Shown piece by piece: positions 38,200 to 52,781 of a DNA stretch of 64,000 bases (its first letter is position 1; each line of letters begins with the position of its first letter). The stretch is from assembly GCF_009914755.1 (NCBI RefSeq), contig NC_060947.1, one strand, 5' to 3'. Origin of the DNA: the human T2T-CHM13v2.0 reference genome, Homo sapiens. The notes below the pieces were generated by a model. The model was not told the DNA's origin. It was given only the letters and a program-made list of their open reading frames with translations, and ran no database searches. Position numbers and translations under genes: made by a program.

Positions 38200-39580
38200 T
38201 CTGTGACACATAAGTGCTTTGGTAGGAAAAGTGTGTACAGACAGCTTTGTGAACATAGAGGAGGAAATTCTAAATCAGAATGGAGAGACAGAGGCCAGAG
38301 AAGGCTTTCTGGACAGGACCTGAGTTTTGCAGGAGAATTAGAAGAGTGAAAGAAAGGGGGAGCATGGGAGGAGACCATAGCATGTGAAAGACGCAGAGGC
38401 AGGAAATACACTGAAGAATTTGGGAGACCCCACATGGTTCTCTCTTCCTTGGGCAATGATTGTGCTGTGGTTTGGTTATGGTTTGTTTGTCCCCAACAAG
38501 TCTCATGCTGAAATGTGATCCCTGATATTGGAGGTGAGCCTGGTGGGAGGTGTTTGTATCATGGGGGCGGATCCCTCATGAATGGCTTGGTGCCATTCTC
38601 AAGGGAGTGAGTAAGTTCTCACTGTTAATTCCTGCAAGAACTGGTTGTTGGAAAGAGCCTGACACCTCCTCCTCTCCCTCCTGCTTCTGCTCTCACTGCA
38701 AGATCTCTGTACACATCAGCTCTCCTTTATCTTCTGTTGTGAGTGGAAGCTTCCTGACGTGCTCACCAGAAGCAGATGCTGGCACCATGCTTCTTATACA
38801 GTCTGCAGAACCATAAGCCAAATAAACCTCTTCTCTGTAGAAATTACCCAGCCTCGGGTATTCCTTTATAGCAACACTAATGTACTAAGACAGGCCGCAC
38901 GGAGAGAGAGCCAGGAGATGAGCCTGGAGAGGGAGGCAGGGGCCAAGATTTAATCTAGAAAATTCAGTAGTGTCATTGATAGATGTGGAGCAGGGGCACA
39001 ATAGAATCTGGTTTCCCTTTTAGAAAGACCCTGGTACTTGTGTGGAGGGTAGCTGTAGGCAGAAATAAGAGTTAGGAGACTTTTGCAATGGTCCAAGCAA
39101 GATGCTAGTTGGGCTTGAGGTAAGCAGTGGAGTGCAGTGATGGGATCAGGTAGGAGATTTGAGATATTCATGAGTCAAAATCAATAGTACTAATTGCTTA
39201 TGGTAAATGAGATTATAAAAAGAGTCAAGGGAAATTCCTTTTTTTCATTCATTTTTTGGTTTATTCCTTCAACAAATATTTTTTGAACATCTATGTGTGT
39301 TCCTCCAGGTGCTAGAGATACAGCAATGAATAAACAAGGAATGTTCCTGTCCTTAAAGAGTTTGCATTCTGGTGGAAAATTTTAAAACGTTACAAGTAAA
39401 TACAAACTTACAGTGTGATTAAGGTTGCCATTCTTTAGCAGATAATACGTTGTGTTTGAGATCCTTGTGGGACACCTGTGTGGAAATTGTTTAGTTGGAT
39501 GTTATTTCTATGAGCCTGTTGCTCAGGAGAGAAGCCTTGGCTACAGATGTAGATTTGGGAGTCATCAGCATATGGATAGT
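38200..39580 (-). mobile_element. L2 fragments, interrupted by an MST LTR
   Basis: cagttaggagact-like ...tgcaatggtccaagcaaga; agatttgggagtcatcagcat. Confidence 0.6.
38463..38892 (+). mobile_element. MSTB-like MaLR solo LTR
   Basis: tgctgtggtttgg...catgggggcggatccctcatgaatggcttggtgcc ... aaataaacctc...tatagcaacac...actaagaca. Confidence 0.9.
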
Positions 39581-39824
39581 TGCAAGTGACAAAAAGAAAA
39601 ACAATACAGACTAGTGCATGCAGAAAAGGGAACTCATTGGCCTAGGACACCAAAAAGCCCAGGAGTTGTTTCTTTGGCTTCAGGCATAGCTGGATCCAAA
39701 AGTTTATATGATAATTTAGGGGATTTTGTCTCTCTTTTAATGTCTTGGACTATTTTGAGCGTAATAGTCTCTGGCAACCTCAAAGTCCCGAATTCACATC
39801 TATTGGTTCAACAACCTCATCAGA

Positions 39825-40118
39825 GGCTAGGTGCAGTGGCTCACACCTGTAATCCCAACCCTTTGGGAGGCTGAGGCAGGAGGATCACTTAAGGCCAGGA
39901 GTTCAAGACCAGCCTGGGCAACACAGCAAGACCCCATCTCTACAAAAAATTAAAAACTAGCCTGGTATGGTGGTGCACATCTGTAGTCCCAGCTACTTGG
40001 GAGGCTGAGGTGAGAGGATCACATGAGACAGGTAATTCAATGTTGCAGTGAGGTATGATCATACCACTCTACTCCAGCCTGGGCAACAGAGTGAGACCCT
40101 GTCTCAGGAAAAAAAAAA
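39825..40118 (+). mobile_element. AluJ
   Basis: Full dimer with J-type diagnostics. Confidence 0.92.
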
Positions 40119-40941
40119 TCAAAGTTGCATTTGTGTTTGTTTGTTTGTTTGTTTCCTGCAGTTCCAGCAGAAACGTCTCAGTGAATACTTACCGGCCCAT
40201 TGTGGGTTATATGCCTATTCCTGAACCAAGCACTGTAATCTGGAGTTGGAATATTCTGATTGGCCATGCCCGGGTCACAGGCCTAAACTTGTGGCCATGT
40301 GTGGGGCAGGATCAGCTTCCACAAGTGTATTCTTCCAGAAAAGAGAAATTCTGGTACTAGCTGGGGAGAAGAGACAAAGACTAGAATGTTCTTTACAGGT
40401 GGAAACTGAGGTTTTGGATATTCGTGAGGTCACCCTTGGAGGAAATATAATGAGAAGAACCCTGAGATGATGTCAAAGTCCTGAGAAGCATGACACTTAG
40501 GAGCTGAATAGAAAAAGATGATCCTGCAAAAGAGACAGAGGAGTGGCCAGAGGGGTAGAAGGAGATCCTGAAGCTACTGTTGTCCCAGAAACCAACTCAC
40601 TCAGTTTTGAAAAGGGCTGAGTGGTCAATTATGTCAACAGTTGCAGAGGAGTCAATGAAAACGAAGGGAGGAGAGGATGTATTATAATACCCTGGGCTAA
40701 AAGACTGTGAGGGAAAGCTACACAATGCCCATCACAGGATGGAAGGTAGTATTAAGGAGGAGCTGGTAAAAAGTACACCAGATAATTTGGGAGGAGGATC
40801 CAGGGAGTTTACAAAATCAAATGGTTCTAAATATCTCAGTTTCTCAAACTGAGAGGCAGGCACATCCAGAGGATCAGGAAAGCCATGGGATGAATGCAGG
40901 GCATCTCTCCTGACTTTCAATTTTATGCAAAAAATTATTAG

Positions 40942-41378
<437 letters not shown>

Positions 41379-41604
41379 CTAAAACATTGAACTTAAAAGA
41401 GACTTGTACTTGTAAGTGGCTTCCTTCAGACTCTACTCCCAGAGTTCCTTGCAGTGAGCATGCAGGGCTAACCTCTGGTTAGGAGGTCCTTGGGTGGAAA
41501 AGAATAGGAAACATGGTTGTTTGTTATTTGAGCTTTTGCCTGTTGCTCTGTGAGTGAAAAGATCTTATTTCAAGCACGTTTTAAGAAAGACCCACTTGTA
41601 CATA

Positions 41605-41845
41605 ACGATAACAATGGCTAGCATTTGTAAAGCACTTACCATGTAACAGGCACTGTTTTAAGTGCTTGACCTCACTTCTCCTCACGATAATCCCCTGAGA
41701 TGGGTACCACTATCATTACTTCTATTTTAAAGATGAGGAAGTTGATGCACAAAGAGGTTAAATAGCTTACCCAAGGTCACACAGCTTCACCTGCAACCAG
41801 GGAACCTGGCTTTTAAGCCAGTGTTCTTAACCACTGAGCTACTGC
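41605..41845 (-). mobile_element. MIR
   Basis: gcacttaccatgtaacaggcactgttttaagtgc...gatgaggaa...agaggttaaatagcttacccaaggtcacacagc. Confidence 0.82.
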
Positions 41846-43789
41846 CCTCCTCGTTCAGTCCCATGGTTTCCATATGGCCCAGTGCACTTGTTAATAGGTT
41901 CTGATATTGGTTCAGAAAAGAAGGTCAGTCCTCATTCAATGGTCTGTGAATTTCTAAAAGAGGCAGGGAGTAAGTTGGGGAGGCAAGATCTGGTAGCTGG
42001 ATCCCACCTCTGCCCTATCCAACTCACCCCATGGTGAGACAACGGGCATGCCACAGACACACAGAAGCAATTTTGCACCTTGGAACCATGGAATTCATTA
42101 GTCCACTGGGTGATTGTAGGTTTATCAGAACCCTACAATTACCTTTGTTGTTTGGACTTGTATTTTTAATTTGTGTTATTTGTAATGTGTTCCCCAAATG
42201 AGAATAATTTCAGAGATGTTTTTTACAATAGCTGCTTTCATAAAAACATTTCACCTTAACCTTTTCATAACCTAAGGACGAAGAGAAAAATCTGCAATTT
42301 CACAGTATAAATCTGTTTTCTTTGAATGTATATGTATAAATTACTTTTTACTTCATTTCAAAACTCACGCAAGGGTAAGTACAGCAGTATATGAACCCAC
42401 ATGGCCCATGATTCAGCAACAACGATTGACCTACGGACAATCTCGCCCATTCCCTCCCCCATCCCTATATTATCTTCAAGCAAAAAGCAGACATCCTATC
42501 ATTTCATCCATAAATATTTCAGGACATATCTCTAAAAGATAAGGATTATTTTTTAAAACATGACCACAATACCATGATGCATAATTTCTTAACATCAGCA
42601 AATAGCCCATGTTCATATTTCCATAAGTTATTTTTAAAATTCTGCTTGTTTTACTTTTCTATACCCCTTAATTATTAGTAACTTCATTATATTTGTTATT
42701 GTTGAAGTAATTTTCAATTTTTTATTTTGAAAAATTTCAAATGCACCAATGTAGAGAGAATACATTGAACCCCCTGAACTCATCATCCAGCTTCAACAAT
42801 TACCTATATTTGACCAATCTTCCTTCATCTACTTCCCCTTTACATAACCCCTATTTGCTGCATGTTTATAAAGCAAGCCCCAGACAACATTTTGTGTTAT
42901 TGGACTTGCATTCTTAGCTTGGTTAGAGGCAAGAAAATGTGGAGATGTTCTCTGGTAGGCATTTATATATTTATTTCACTTCTAAATCCCTAGAAAAGGA
43001 TTAGATTAAATGCAACACTTTTAGCAGATCAGATAAAGTGCCACTTGGCTTTTTGCTATTTCTTTTTTTTCTAAAAATGTTTAAAATAAAACCAAATTCT
43101 AAACAAATTGCACTAATAGTCTATGACATGAGTACCAAACAGAATATTTGTATCACATGAGCTCTGTCAGCTGTACCCAGATCTTTCAAAGTACACATTT
43201 TTCTAAGACTAATTGAATAAAAGCTGAAACAACAAATTTTAAGCCTAATTATAATTCTGTTTAAAAAGGAAGAAAAAATATAAAGATTTACCATCAGATG
43301 GTTTAGATTCAAAATGGGGCCTGAATGATGACACTCCATTGGCAAAGCCCCTGGGTTCCTTTCACACTCCTTCTAGATTTTAAAATCCACTATTTTTCAA
43401 ACAGCTCTTGAGGGATCTGTAAGAATTGTGTGTCTTGTTACCTGGGAGGCAAAAGAAAGAGTTCAAGCTTTAGGGGCTGATGAAATAATGACACAGGTCA
43501 TAATTTGTTGAGATTTACCAAGATGCTTTGTTTTGTCTCAGCGGGACTTACCATGAAATTCACAGTAACACTCACACTAACTGTAAAATCACAGTGTGTC
43601 GCCATATCACTCGTTCTGTCATTGCCACCACGAGCTAATGACAAATGACAGCCATATTGGCTTATACACCATTACAAACCCAGGGGGGTAATGAAAACTT
43701 GTCATGGGTTAGGTCAAGCGAATGGCAAGAGAAGAGCTATTGAGCATTTTCAGTAACAACAGCAGAAAATCTGGGCAAACAAAAAGTCA

Positions 43790-44115
43790 TCGGTTAGGAT
43801 TGCAAATTGGTTCGACACTTTTGCAAAAGGTTTGGCAGTACCAATGAAAGCTAAACATGCATGTACCCTATAATCCAGCAATTCCACTTTCTGGCACTAG
43901 AGGTCAGAGTAGTGCTTACCCTGGGGTACTGGCTGAGGGGGCGTGAGTAAGCCTTTTGGGGGTCCGGAAATGTTTTATATGTTGATGTGGTGGTGGTCAC
44001 AGGTACACCCTGTGTATAGAAACAGGTATACCCTATTGGTATACACACTGGTGTAGACACAGATATAGCCCGTCTTTGTGCACTCCTATAAGCTGTATCA
44101 CAAATAAAGAAAAGT
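43790..44115 (+). mobile_element. Old L1M 3' fragment
   Basis: tttggcagta...aaagctaaacatgcatgtaccctataatccagcaattccactt. Confidence 0.6.
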
Positions 44116-44289
44116 AGTTAGTAAACATTCCTAATAAAGAGGCTTTTGCAATGTGCTAGCAATTTAAGAGAACTTCTGTCTCTAGGTGAAGACAATGCTG
44201 TGTTCACTCTCCCAGGTTGAAGACTCCCAACCGAAATGTGGGGGCGGGGTGCAGCCCTTTCCCCTAAGACATTAGATCTCACCTCTCCC

Positions 44290-44585
44290 TTTCTTTTTCT
44301 TTCTTTTCTTTTTCTTTTTCTTTTTTTTTCTTTTTTTGAGACGGAGTCTCGCTCTGTCGCCCAGGCTGGAGTGCAGTGGCGCATCTCAGCTCACTGCAAG
44401 CTCCGCTTCCCGGGTTCACTCCATTCTCCTGCCTCAGCCTCCCGAGTAGCTGGGACTACAGGCGCCCGCCACCACACCTGGCTAATTTTTTGTATTTTTT
44501 TAGTAGAGACGGGGTTTCACCATGTTAGCCAGGATGGTCTCAATCTCCTGACCTCGTAATCCACCTGCCTCGGCCTCCCAAAGTG
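44290..44585 (-). mobile_element. AluY, slightly 5'-truncated
   Basis: AluY diagnostics, CpG-rich; TSD tcacct(c/a)tccctttc at 44279-44293 and 44586-44600. Confidence 0.95.
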
Positions 44586-46714
44586 TCACCTATCCCTTTC
44601 AACAAGAACCTGGATCCCACCGAGATAAAAGCTCATCTTTCCCAGAAGGGCATTGCTATATTTATGGGCACTGATAAAACTTTACCCACAGATACTGATT
44701 TCTGGCTCTTTTTGACTGTTCAAATGGCCTTTCTTTGATGAATTTATACCAATGGTTGACAGTCAGGTTGCTTTGGAATTGCCCTTTCTTGGCAAAGCCA
44801 AAATTGGCAATGTCAAGTCATATATGCCAAATTACTTTTTAAATTAAGTTAAATGGCAGGCTCTGCTGATGTTGCTTCACATTTCTTCATGCTGATATTG
44901 CAGCCTCTGCCACTTGACATTATGTTTGAGCATCCTTTAATCATTCATTGGTGTCCAGTTATTCAGGTGTACCCATTTGGTTGTAAATCATTGAAGACCC
45001 ACCCTAGCTGCATTTCTATGTCGATATGCTGTCAGCAGAACAGCAGAACTCTCCCAGTGCTCACGCCTGGTAAACTCTGCTTGCACCAAGTTACTCTCTA
45101 TTCACAGAGTTGAAATCAATTTTATTCTGTAAAGGGAGGCAGGCCTGTACTTTACTTGGGAAACTGCAATAGGTTCCCGGGAACACAGCACTGTCTTTAT
45201 CAAGAGGCTGGGGTCCTCTGAAATTGCCAGCACCTTGCAAGGGGAGGAAGACCTGTTGTAAGAGGCACCAAGTTGTCAGAGGATTTGGCTTTCAGTTTAT
45301 GATGAGTAAATGTGAGGGGGGGAAACTCCTGAAGCTTAAAGAGCACAAAAAGCTTGGAATCAGAATATGGATAAATCCACACATTTTCTAGGTTAAAGCG
45401 GTTTTATGTTTGTTTACACACAGGCTTAGGAAATGTGATCGTATTAATGCCAGAATATGGCTATGATTTAGAAGGGATCGATGCTAAATTGGGAAACAAA
45501 ATGATGTTACATGTACCAAGACTAAACACTATTTTCTTATTCATGACTTGGTATCACACCTTTATGGCATCTTTTAAATATGAAAAAAATCTGTGAGAAT
45601 GTAATGAATTAAAGCTGTGGAAATTTTCTAAAGACAACAGTGCTCTACATTTTGAGGCATTACATCCCCTGGATATTTCTATTTGATTTTAATTTAAGGG
45701 TCAAATTTTTACGGTTGGGTAAACAGCGGAGAAAGATTCCATCAGCTGCTTTTGAATTATAATAATACGGGAGAACCTAGTATACCTTTGCTATTTAAAA
45801 GCTTTTTTAAAAGATCACAACATGTGTTCCACTTCATGGTATCAAACATAGAGCAAAATGGTTCTAATTGAGAACATACTTGGCATACGATTGGATTAAA
45901 ATGACTGAGAATTATAAATGTTGGAAATGTCTATTTCAGGCATGAGTAGGGGAAATGGCACTAATTTCTAGAGTATGCACATAATGATTAAATTAGCCTA
46001 CAGAGATGAAGAGTATATCAGCCTTCACCCTGGAGAAGAAATACCATATGAATAAGAAAAGAGCCAATCAATTCTTTAGTGGGCAGCAATCACCATGAGA
46101 AAGTCCTTTCCCACTATCACATGTTTCCATATCTAGCCCATTTTTCTACAATTCCATTAGCCTCCCCTGTCGTATCCACCAAACTAAATAAAATGCTGTC
46201 TACAAGCCTGTTCCTTAGTCAATTGCTCTGTTTGGTCATATTTAGACCCTTTTAAAGGAGTCCCAGTAGATGCATTGGGCTTATATTGGTATAGTGGAAA
46301 ATGCCAACTTTTGACTTTGACTTTGACCTTTGACTTTGGCCTTAACCTCTGGCTCCATGGATACCAACATTTATATCTTCTCCTCAGCCTCAATTGTTTC
46401 TGGAAGAAGTTGGTGAACCATAAAAATCTGGATGTATAAAAAGACTCAGATGCACACACACAATCTACATGCACACACATGTACATGCTTTTTGCTGCTC
46501 TTTCTCCCTTCGATCCTGACTCCTGGGCTCTTGTGTCTGCCTACTTCAATGTATATGTGGTTGGAGAATATTCTAAGATGAAAGGAAACATTCTGAATGG
46601 CAGCAGGATTGGGGTGTGGGTGTTAGAATAAAGGGACAGTCACTGTTAGTGGGGACTCTGCCCCTATCTGCTGTGCATTAACCTTTCCAAAATATACTAA
46701 CAGTGTCCTACTGC

Positions 46715-47090
46715 AAGCAGTGTCTGCAACTCTCTGCCTGAGCGTTTCCTGTTTGCCCAAGAACTGAGTTATCTAGAGGGGCCATGGAATAAACACCCAT
46801 GAGAGCAGCCCTCATTCAATATGGGACGGGCATGAGAGGTAAATACACGAGCTTCTTCGCCTCCTGATTAAGTAGGACAGGACTCCAAGGCATACTCTAT
46901 TGCATCTCCCAGAGTCCCCTCGTGGGACTGAGCCCCAGTTGCTCACAGAGACAATCTGCTCCATAATGTACTCTTCCCTGCCATGCTTCCCTGCTCCCCC
47001 GATAGAGTTTCGGATCGCCTCTCAAATAAGCTTCTTGCACTTAAATCCTTGTTTCAGGGTCTGTGTCTGTGGGAACCAACCTAGGCCAGG
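46715..47090 (+). mobile_element. LTR16-like ERVL solo LTR
   Basis: caaataagcttcttgcacttaaatccttgtttcagggtctg...tgggaacc. Confidence 0.65.
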
Positions 47091-47109
47091 TGGGTTTAAA
47101 TGTAAGTAA

Positions 47110-47335
47110 TCATGGCATCTGGAACTCAAACATGTGCATTTGAATCTCCCTTGGCAATTTACTGTCTGTGATCATAGGTGAGTTACTTTATCTCTCTGAA
47201 TCTCAGTTTTCTCATCTATAAAATGGGAATAATAGAGTACCTTTGCTAGTTAATGTTGTTGGGAGGAACAAATGAGATAACATATTTGGAAGTGTTTTAG
47301 AAACTGTACAGAACCACATAAATATTTGTTATTGT
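47110..47335 (+). mobile_element. MIR
   Basis: ctctctgaatctcagttttctcatctataaaatgggaataatagagtacct...aaatgagataa. Confidence 0.8.
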
Positions 47336-49450
47336 TCATAAGCATGATTATTTTTTTCTTGGGGTAAAGGGCTCTTTTTTGCCTGGGGGCAGGACTTTGA
47401 AGAAACATTTTATTTTGAAATAATTATAGACTCACAGGAAGTTGCCAGGATAGTAGTACACAGTGCCATGTACCCATCCCCCAGCTTCCCCCGTATTATA
47501 TGACTGTAGTAGGATATCAAAAGCAGGCAACTGATATTGGTACAGTACTGTTAACTAGACTACTGACTTTACTCAGTTTTATGCTTTTTAAGTTCTTACC
47601 AATTTGACATTCTATTTCTCCTCAGTCCTTTGGTCTCCACTCTTCCCCATCTCTGGTGGTCTTTGAGGAGTCTAAACTAGCTACTTGAATCACCAATTCT
47701 TAGTGTCCACCATGTTCAAGCAGGTTCTGATTTAACACCTTCAGCCATTGTCCTAACCACACTTCAAAACTGTGGAACAAAATTCTGTTCCTTCTAATCT
47801 AAAACCTGTCACTACCTCCTGACCAATCGGTAGGCTTTGCAGGAGAAATCCCAAAAGCTTGGATCCTGCTAAGCAACTTACTGTAACAAAATGGTGAATG
47901 CAGCCAGTACTGAAAGAACTGTTCCCAATGATGAGCTAGATAACTATATTTTCATTAGGAGGTTAGTGAATTTTGTTTTGTGGCTTTAGAAGTCTGGGAT
48001 AAACGTCTTCTTGTTTAATTGATTCCTACGCTTCTTAATTTTTCAAGTTGCCATGTCACCTGCTCCTTAGTACTCCTGGGACTTCAACTTCAGTGCCTGG
48101 AGAAAAAGTGAGGGGAACCTTTCTGTATCAATCCTCCAGTAAAGAGAGGGGTCATGGGGTCACTCGGAGTAGTGCCTCAGTAATCTCCTGTTTTTTCTTT
48201 GAATGCAACCATTATTCCTCCTTGGGCAGATAATTTATCTCTTCTCCACCTGCCTTCTTGGTTAAAGGTTAACAAAAATGACATCCTCCTTCAAGTTCAA
48301 ACCCTTGGAATGCTATTTTAATAACCCTGCTGCCAACAAAGTCATTCAAAACAAGAGAACAGAAAATGTGCCAGGGCCAAGTCTCAGAAAACTGCTGCCA
48401 TTTATTTGTCTTTCTTCTCAATGCCTATGGGTTATGCTCACAATCCGTATCTTCTTAAAAGGCTTTAGGACATACATTTTGAAGGACCCATGCCCGTTTG
48501 TTTTGTAGTAATTCGGGATGCATTTTCGAAATGCTGGCGATATGCCTCTCACAGCGTTGCAAGCCTCCATTCTTTTCTCCTACGTTCTCTCTTCGGCGTC
48601 TCACCCCCCTTCCTGGTTTCCAGACATTAGACGTTAGCTCTACAGGTATGATTCCAAAACTACATCTCATTCCCAGCATCTCTTAAGGGATCTGATCCCA
48701 TATTTCACTTGCCTGCAAGGCCCACCTCTACTAGTGCTACCGCCATTCTCACAGTTCTCTGGACTCACTCTCAGGCTCCTTTAGTTCCTTACTAAGAAGT
48801 GTTCCTGGAACTGTGTGGTCCCGTTCTGTCACTCCTGCCTAACACAGCCACCAGCCACCAAAGTACTGCAACATCTCATATGTCCAATGTCCAAGTAATG
48901 GATCTTAGAGATCTCCTAACTTGGAGCAAACCAGATAATGCTTTAGAAAAACATCAAAAGTCAATGATGCAAAGGAACAACAGCCTGCTTCACTGATTCC
49001 CAACTCATAAGACAGTCTTCTTCAAACACTCTATGCTCATCCCCAGGCTACTATTTTTTGCTCCAATTACTCTTCTTGACCCAAACTGACTATTTTCCAC
49101 CTATGAATTTCTGCCTAGGCTGAAAGGGTCTGGACACTCCCAGGTTTAATGCTATACCACCTGGTACTCTTTACTAATTTTTTGTCCCTTGTCTTCCTCA
49201 GCTACATTGCAAACCCCTTGGGGTCAAAGATAATGTCTATTTTTTGTAACCTCTGTAACACCTAGGAGTCTGCCTCATCTAGAAGTGGTACCATACATTT
49301 CTCATGATGGGTTGATATCCATATGTCCACTGGTCTCAAGAAAAGAAAAAAAAAAGAAAAGAAAAGAAAAGAAAAGCAAGGCAATAAAACCAATTCTTAT
49401 TGAGCAGCTGGATGTGCTACAACTTTCTTTAACCACCCAATCTAAGGTGG

Positions 49451-49815
49451 TGTATTAGTCCATTCTCGTGCTTCAAATAAAGACATACCCACGACTGGGT
49501 AATTTATAAAGTAAAGAGGTTTAATGGACTCACAGTTCCACATGGCTAGGGAGGCCTCAAAATCATGGTGAAAGAGGAAGGAAGAGCAAAGGGACGTCTT
49601 ACATGGTGGCAGGTAAGAGAGCCTGTGCAGGGGAAGTCCCCTTTTATAAAACCATCAGATCTCATGAGTCTTATTAACTATCATGAGAACAGCATGGGAA
49701 AAACCCACCCCTATGATTCAATTACTTCCCACAAGGTCCCTCCCATGACACGTCGGTATTATGGGAGCTACAATTCAGGGTGAGATTTGGGTGGGGACAC
49801 AGCCAAACCATATCA
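49451..49815 (-). mobile_element. THE1 solo LTR
   Basis: tgtattagtcc ... cagccaaaccatatca; 5-bp TSD ggtgg at 49446-49450 and 49816-49820. Confidence 0.95.
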
Positions 49816-49909
49816 GGTGGGTGCCTTACTCCCCTGTCTATCATGTCCTCAAGTTTCATTGTTTTCATAGCATCTATTTCTATCTGAACTTACCAGGTCC
49901 AGTGATGTA

Positions 49910-50330
49910 TTTGTGGAATAGATGCTCTGTTGTGCTCTCAGATCCTCCTTTTAGGACTGTGGTTCTCATTCCTACAGGTGTTGGGAGCTATGGCTGTTGA
50001 GTGTTCTCAGCTGAGTGCCCCTCCAAGCATTGTCCTTGGAAGGGACTACCTGGCCTTTGATCACACCTCTTTCCTGAAGGCAGCCTGGATTCAATGACTG
50101 GTCAAGATGGAGGTACAAAGGCCCACTTATTTGCCTTCCCTTGGGGCAACTCTGAAGGGCTGTCTGTGGGATTGGCTGAAGCCTCTGTTACACTTGCATT
50201 GCAGTTCAACTTCTCTCTCTGCTTAATTCCTCTTCCCTCATTCTTCTATAAGTGTTGTTCCTACGAGCATCCATGATAAACTTCCTGCAGGCAGATCATT
50301 GAAGTCCATCTTCAGTGAACCTGACTTAAG
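49910..50330 (+). mobile_element. LTR16-like ERVL solo LTR
   Basis: caatgactggtc...gggattggctgaagcctctgtt...gcattgcagttcaacttctc...ataaacttcctgca. Confidence 0.6.
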
Positions 50331-51024
50331 GTGGTTACTTTTTCATCATATGTTCTCCTCACTAGAATCTTCCATGAGAGCAGGAACCTTACCTGCCTCA
50401 TTTACTGCTGGACCTAGAATAGTGTCTGGCATGTGACTGATGCCCAGAAATGATTGGTGAACCATGAATGAATGAACACATGACTTTTATTTATCTAAAT
50501 CTCACAAGTCTGATGCATTTTCCATATGAAAAAACAAGCACAGAGAGACCAATGAAATCACTCAAGGACACACAGCCAGTCAGTTGTGGAACTAGGACCA
50601 TGCTTGTATGAATGCAATATCCACACTCTTCAAAACCAAGCATGGCCTCTTGATGTCTTCATCATTGTGGGTAGTACCTCCTGCTTGGCTGGAGGCCATG
50701 TGTCTTTGGCTCTTGTGGTCTGGTTGACTTCTTGGTGTATTTGGCATAGAAACCCCCATTTAGCCTTTAATTCTTCACTCTCTCTTTCTCTCTCTGTTCT
50801 CTATCTTACCCATACCACTGGCATCTTCCATGCCTCTCTATGTAAGTTTATTCCAAAGTGTCTTTTTTCCTTTGGTTACACTGACAACTTGGTTTGGACC
50901 CTGATTAATCCCCAGTTCAGTTGCTGCAGTCCTTGCATTGGCTCCATCACCTCACGCTCTCACCTCCTTCAGTTCAACCTATATGTCACTCCCAACATTC
51001 TTTTCCTCACCATCTTCACCATCT

Positions 51025-51510
51025 CAATCTGGGTCCAGGTAGAACATAGAATTCATACCAGATGCTTTTAATGAAGAAAGTTCAATGGAGGAACAACTCA
51101 CTGAGGTATAGGCAGGGCTGGGAGAATAAGCCAAGATAGTGAGCCACTCAGGAACCAGCAAAAGCTGGGAGCAATTACCACCCTTAAAGCTCAAGAAAAC
51201 AGTGTTGCTTTAGCCTGGTGAGAGAGCCATGGAGGAGGGTGCTTCTTGGGGGTTGGGGGAGAACCCTGGAGGGGTACAGATACTATCAGAGACAGAATGT
51301 CAAAGCAGGGAAAGAACAGAAGTCCACTGGCTTCTGTCTCCTGCCACACCCAGATCTCCCACTGGTGTCTCCCATTGGTCAAACCCAACTGGTTGTCAGG
51401 TGACAAGGGAGACTGGGTGATGCAGGGTGCTGGGGTAAGTTCCTGAGACACAGAGCAAGACAGAGACTGGATCTGGGGTTTGGGAGGGGCAAAAGAGGAA
51501 CCAGCACACC
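51025..51510 (-). mobile_element. LTR33-like ERVL LTR
   Basis: ctcccattggtcaaacccaactgg...caagggagactgggtgatgcag. Confidence 0.55.
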
Positions 51511-52189
51511 TCAATTCTACAAGGGCAACAGAAAAACTAATTTTCATGTACCACCAACATCATCCCACAACACCTTTCTATTTGTAGATTATGGTACAGA
51601 CTATAAAGCCCTTTGAAACACATATAACCTTTGATCTTCACCACATCCCCATGAGATAAGTGTTTTAATCTACCGTATTTTGCAGATTAGGACACAAGCA
51701 TAGAGAAGCAAATTTATGGCTCACCCAAGATCATCACACAGCTAAGAAATGGCACAGTCGAAACAAGAGCCCAGATTTGTAAGTTCCAATTTTTTTGCCC
51801 AAATCCAGCACACAGTTAAGGTGTATAATCTTTTGACACCTCTTCATTCCCAACCTCTCCCCTTTCTATACACACACAGCCATGTTGTGCTAAAGCTTCT
51901 TATTAACTTACATTTTGGCCTTGGCCTTCTCCTGTTCTTCAGCAATTCTGCCTGAGATCTCTTCATCCCTCTTCATAGCTCCTTCTTTCAGTTAACTCAG
52001 GCTCATCCCCTCCCTATTTGGGACCTCAACTCCTTACCCACTGCCTCTTGCCTCTAATATTGAAATGTGATATTATGCAGGGTTGCCCTATGCAATATGG
52101 TAGCCCCTAGCCACTTCAAATATGGCTAGTGTGACTGAAGAACTAGTTTTTTATTTAATTTTAATAAATTTAAATGTAAAAGTAATACT

Positions 52190-52750
52190 CAGATCCCAAA
52201 CCCCTGCCCACCATCCTTAAACATAGGCTCTGCTTAGTGACTTGCTTCCAAAGAATAGAGTATGGAAAGGGAGAAAAAGGTAACTTAGAGTGCAGAAACC
52301 TGGCAAATACTACCTTGGCAGATGACCAAGATTAAAATCCCCAGTGATAAGTCATGTTGATAGCATATACCCTTGATATGTTGTGATGAAAATGGCACTT
52401 TATCTCTGTGGTCAAATTCCCCAAAACCCATAACCTCAGTCTAATCAGGAGGAAAATATCAACAAACCCCAACTGTGAGGCATTCTTCAAAATACCTGAC
52501 CAGCACGCGTCAAAACTGTCAAAGTCATGAAAAACAAGAGAAGTCTGAGAAGCTGACTAATGACACATTATTAAATGCAATGTGGCATCTTGGATTGGAT
52601 CCCAGAACAGAAAAAGGATATTAGTGGAAAAATTGGTAAAATCTAAGTAAAGACTGGAGTTTAATTTATAATAATGTATCAATGTTGTTTTCTGAGTTGT
52701 AATAAGTGGCCGTGGTAATGTAAGATGTTAATAATAGGGAAACATGTGAG
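52190..52750 (+). mobile_element. L1MC/ME-type 3'UTR fragment
   Basis: Homologous to 17770-18330. Confidence 0.75.
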
Positions 52751-52781
52751 TTGAGTGCAGAAACTGCTGTACCATCTTTGC

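Noticed and set aside
50586-51071. 161-aa plus-strand ORF
   Set aside because: Runs through MIR, low-complexity and LTR sequence; no homology recognised
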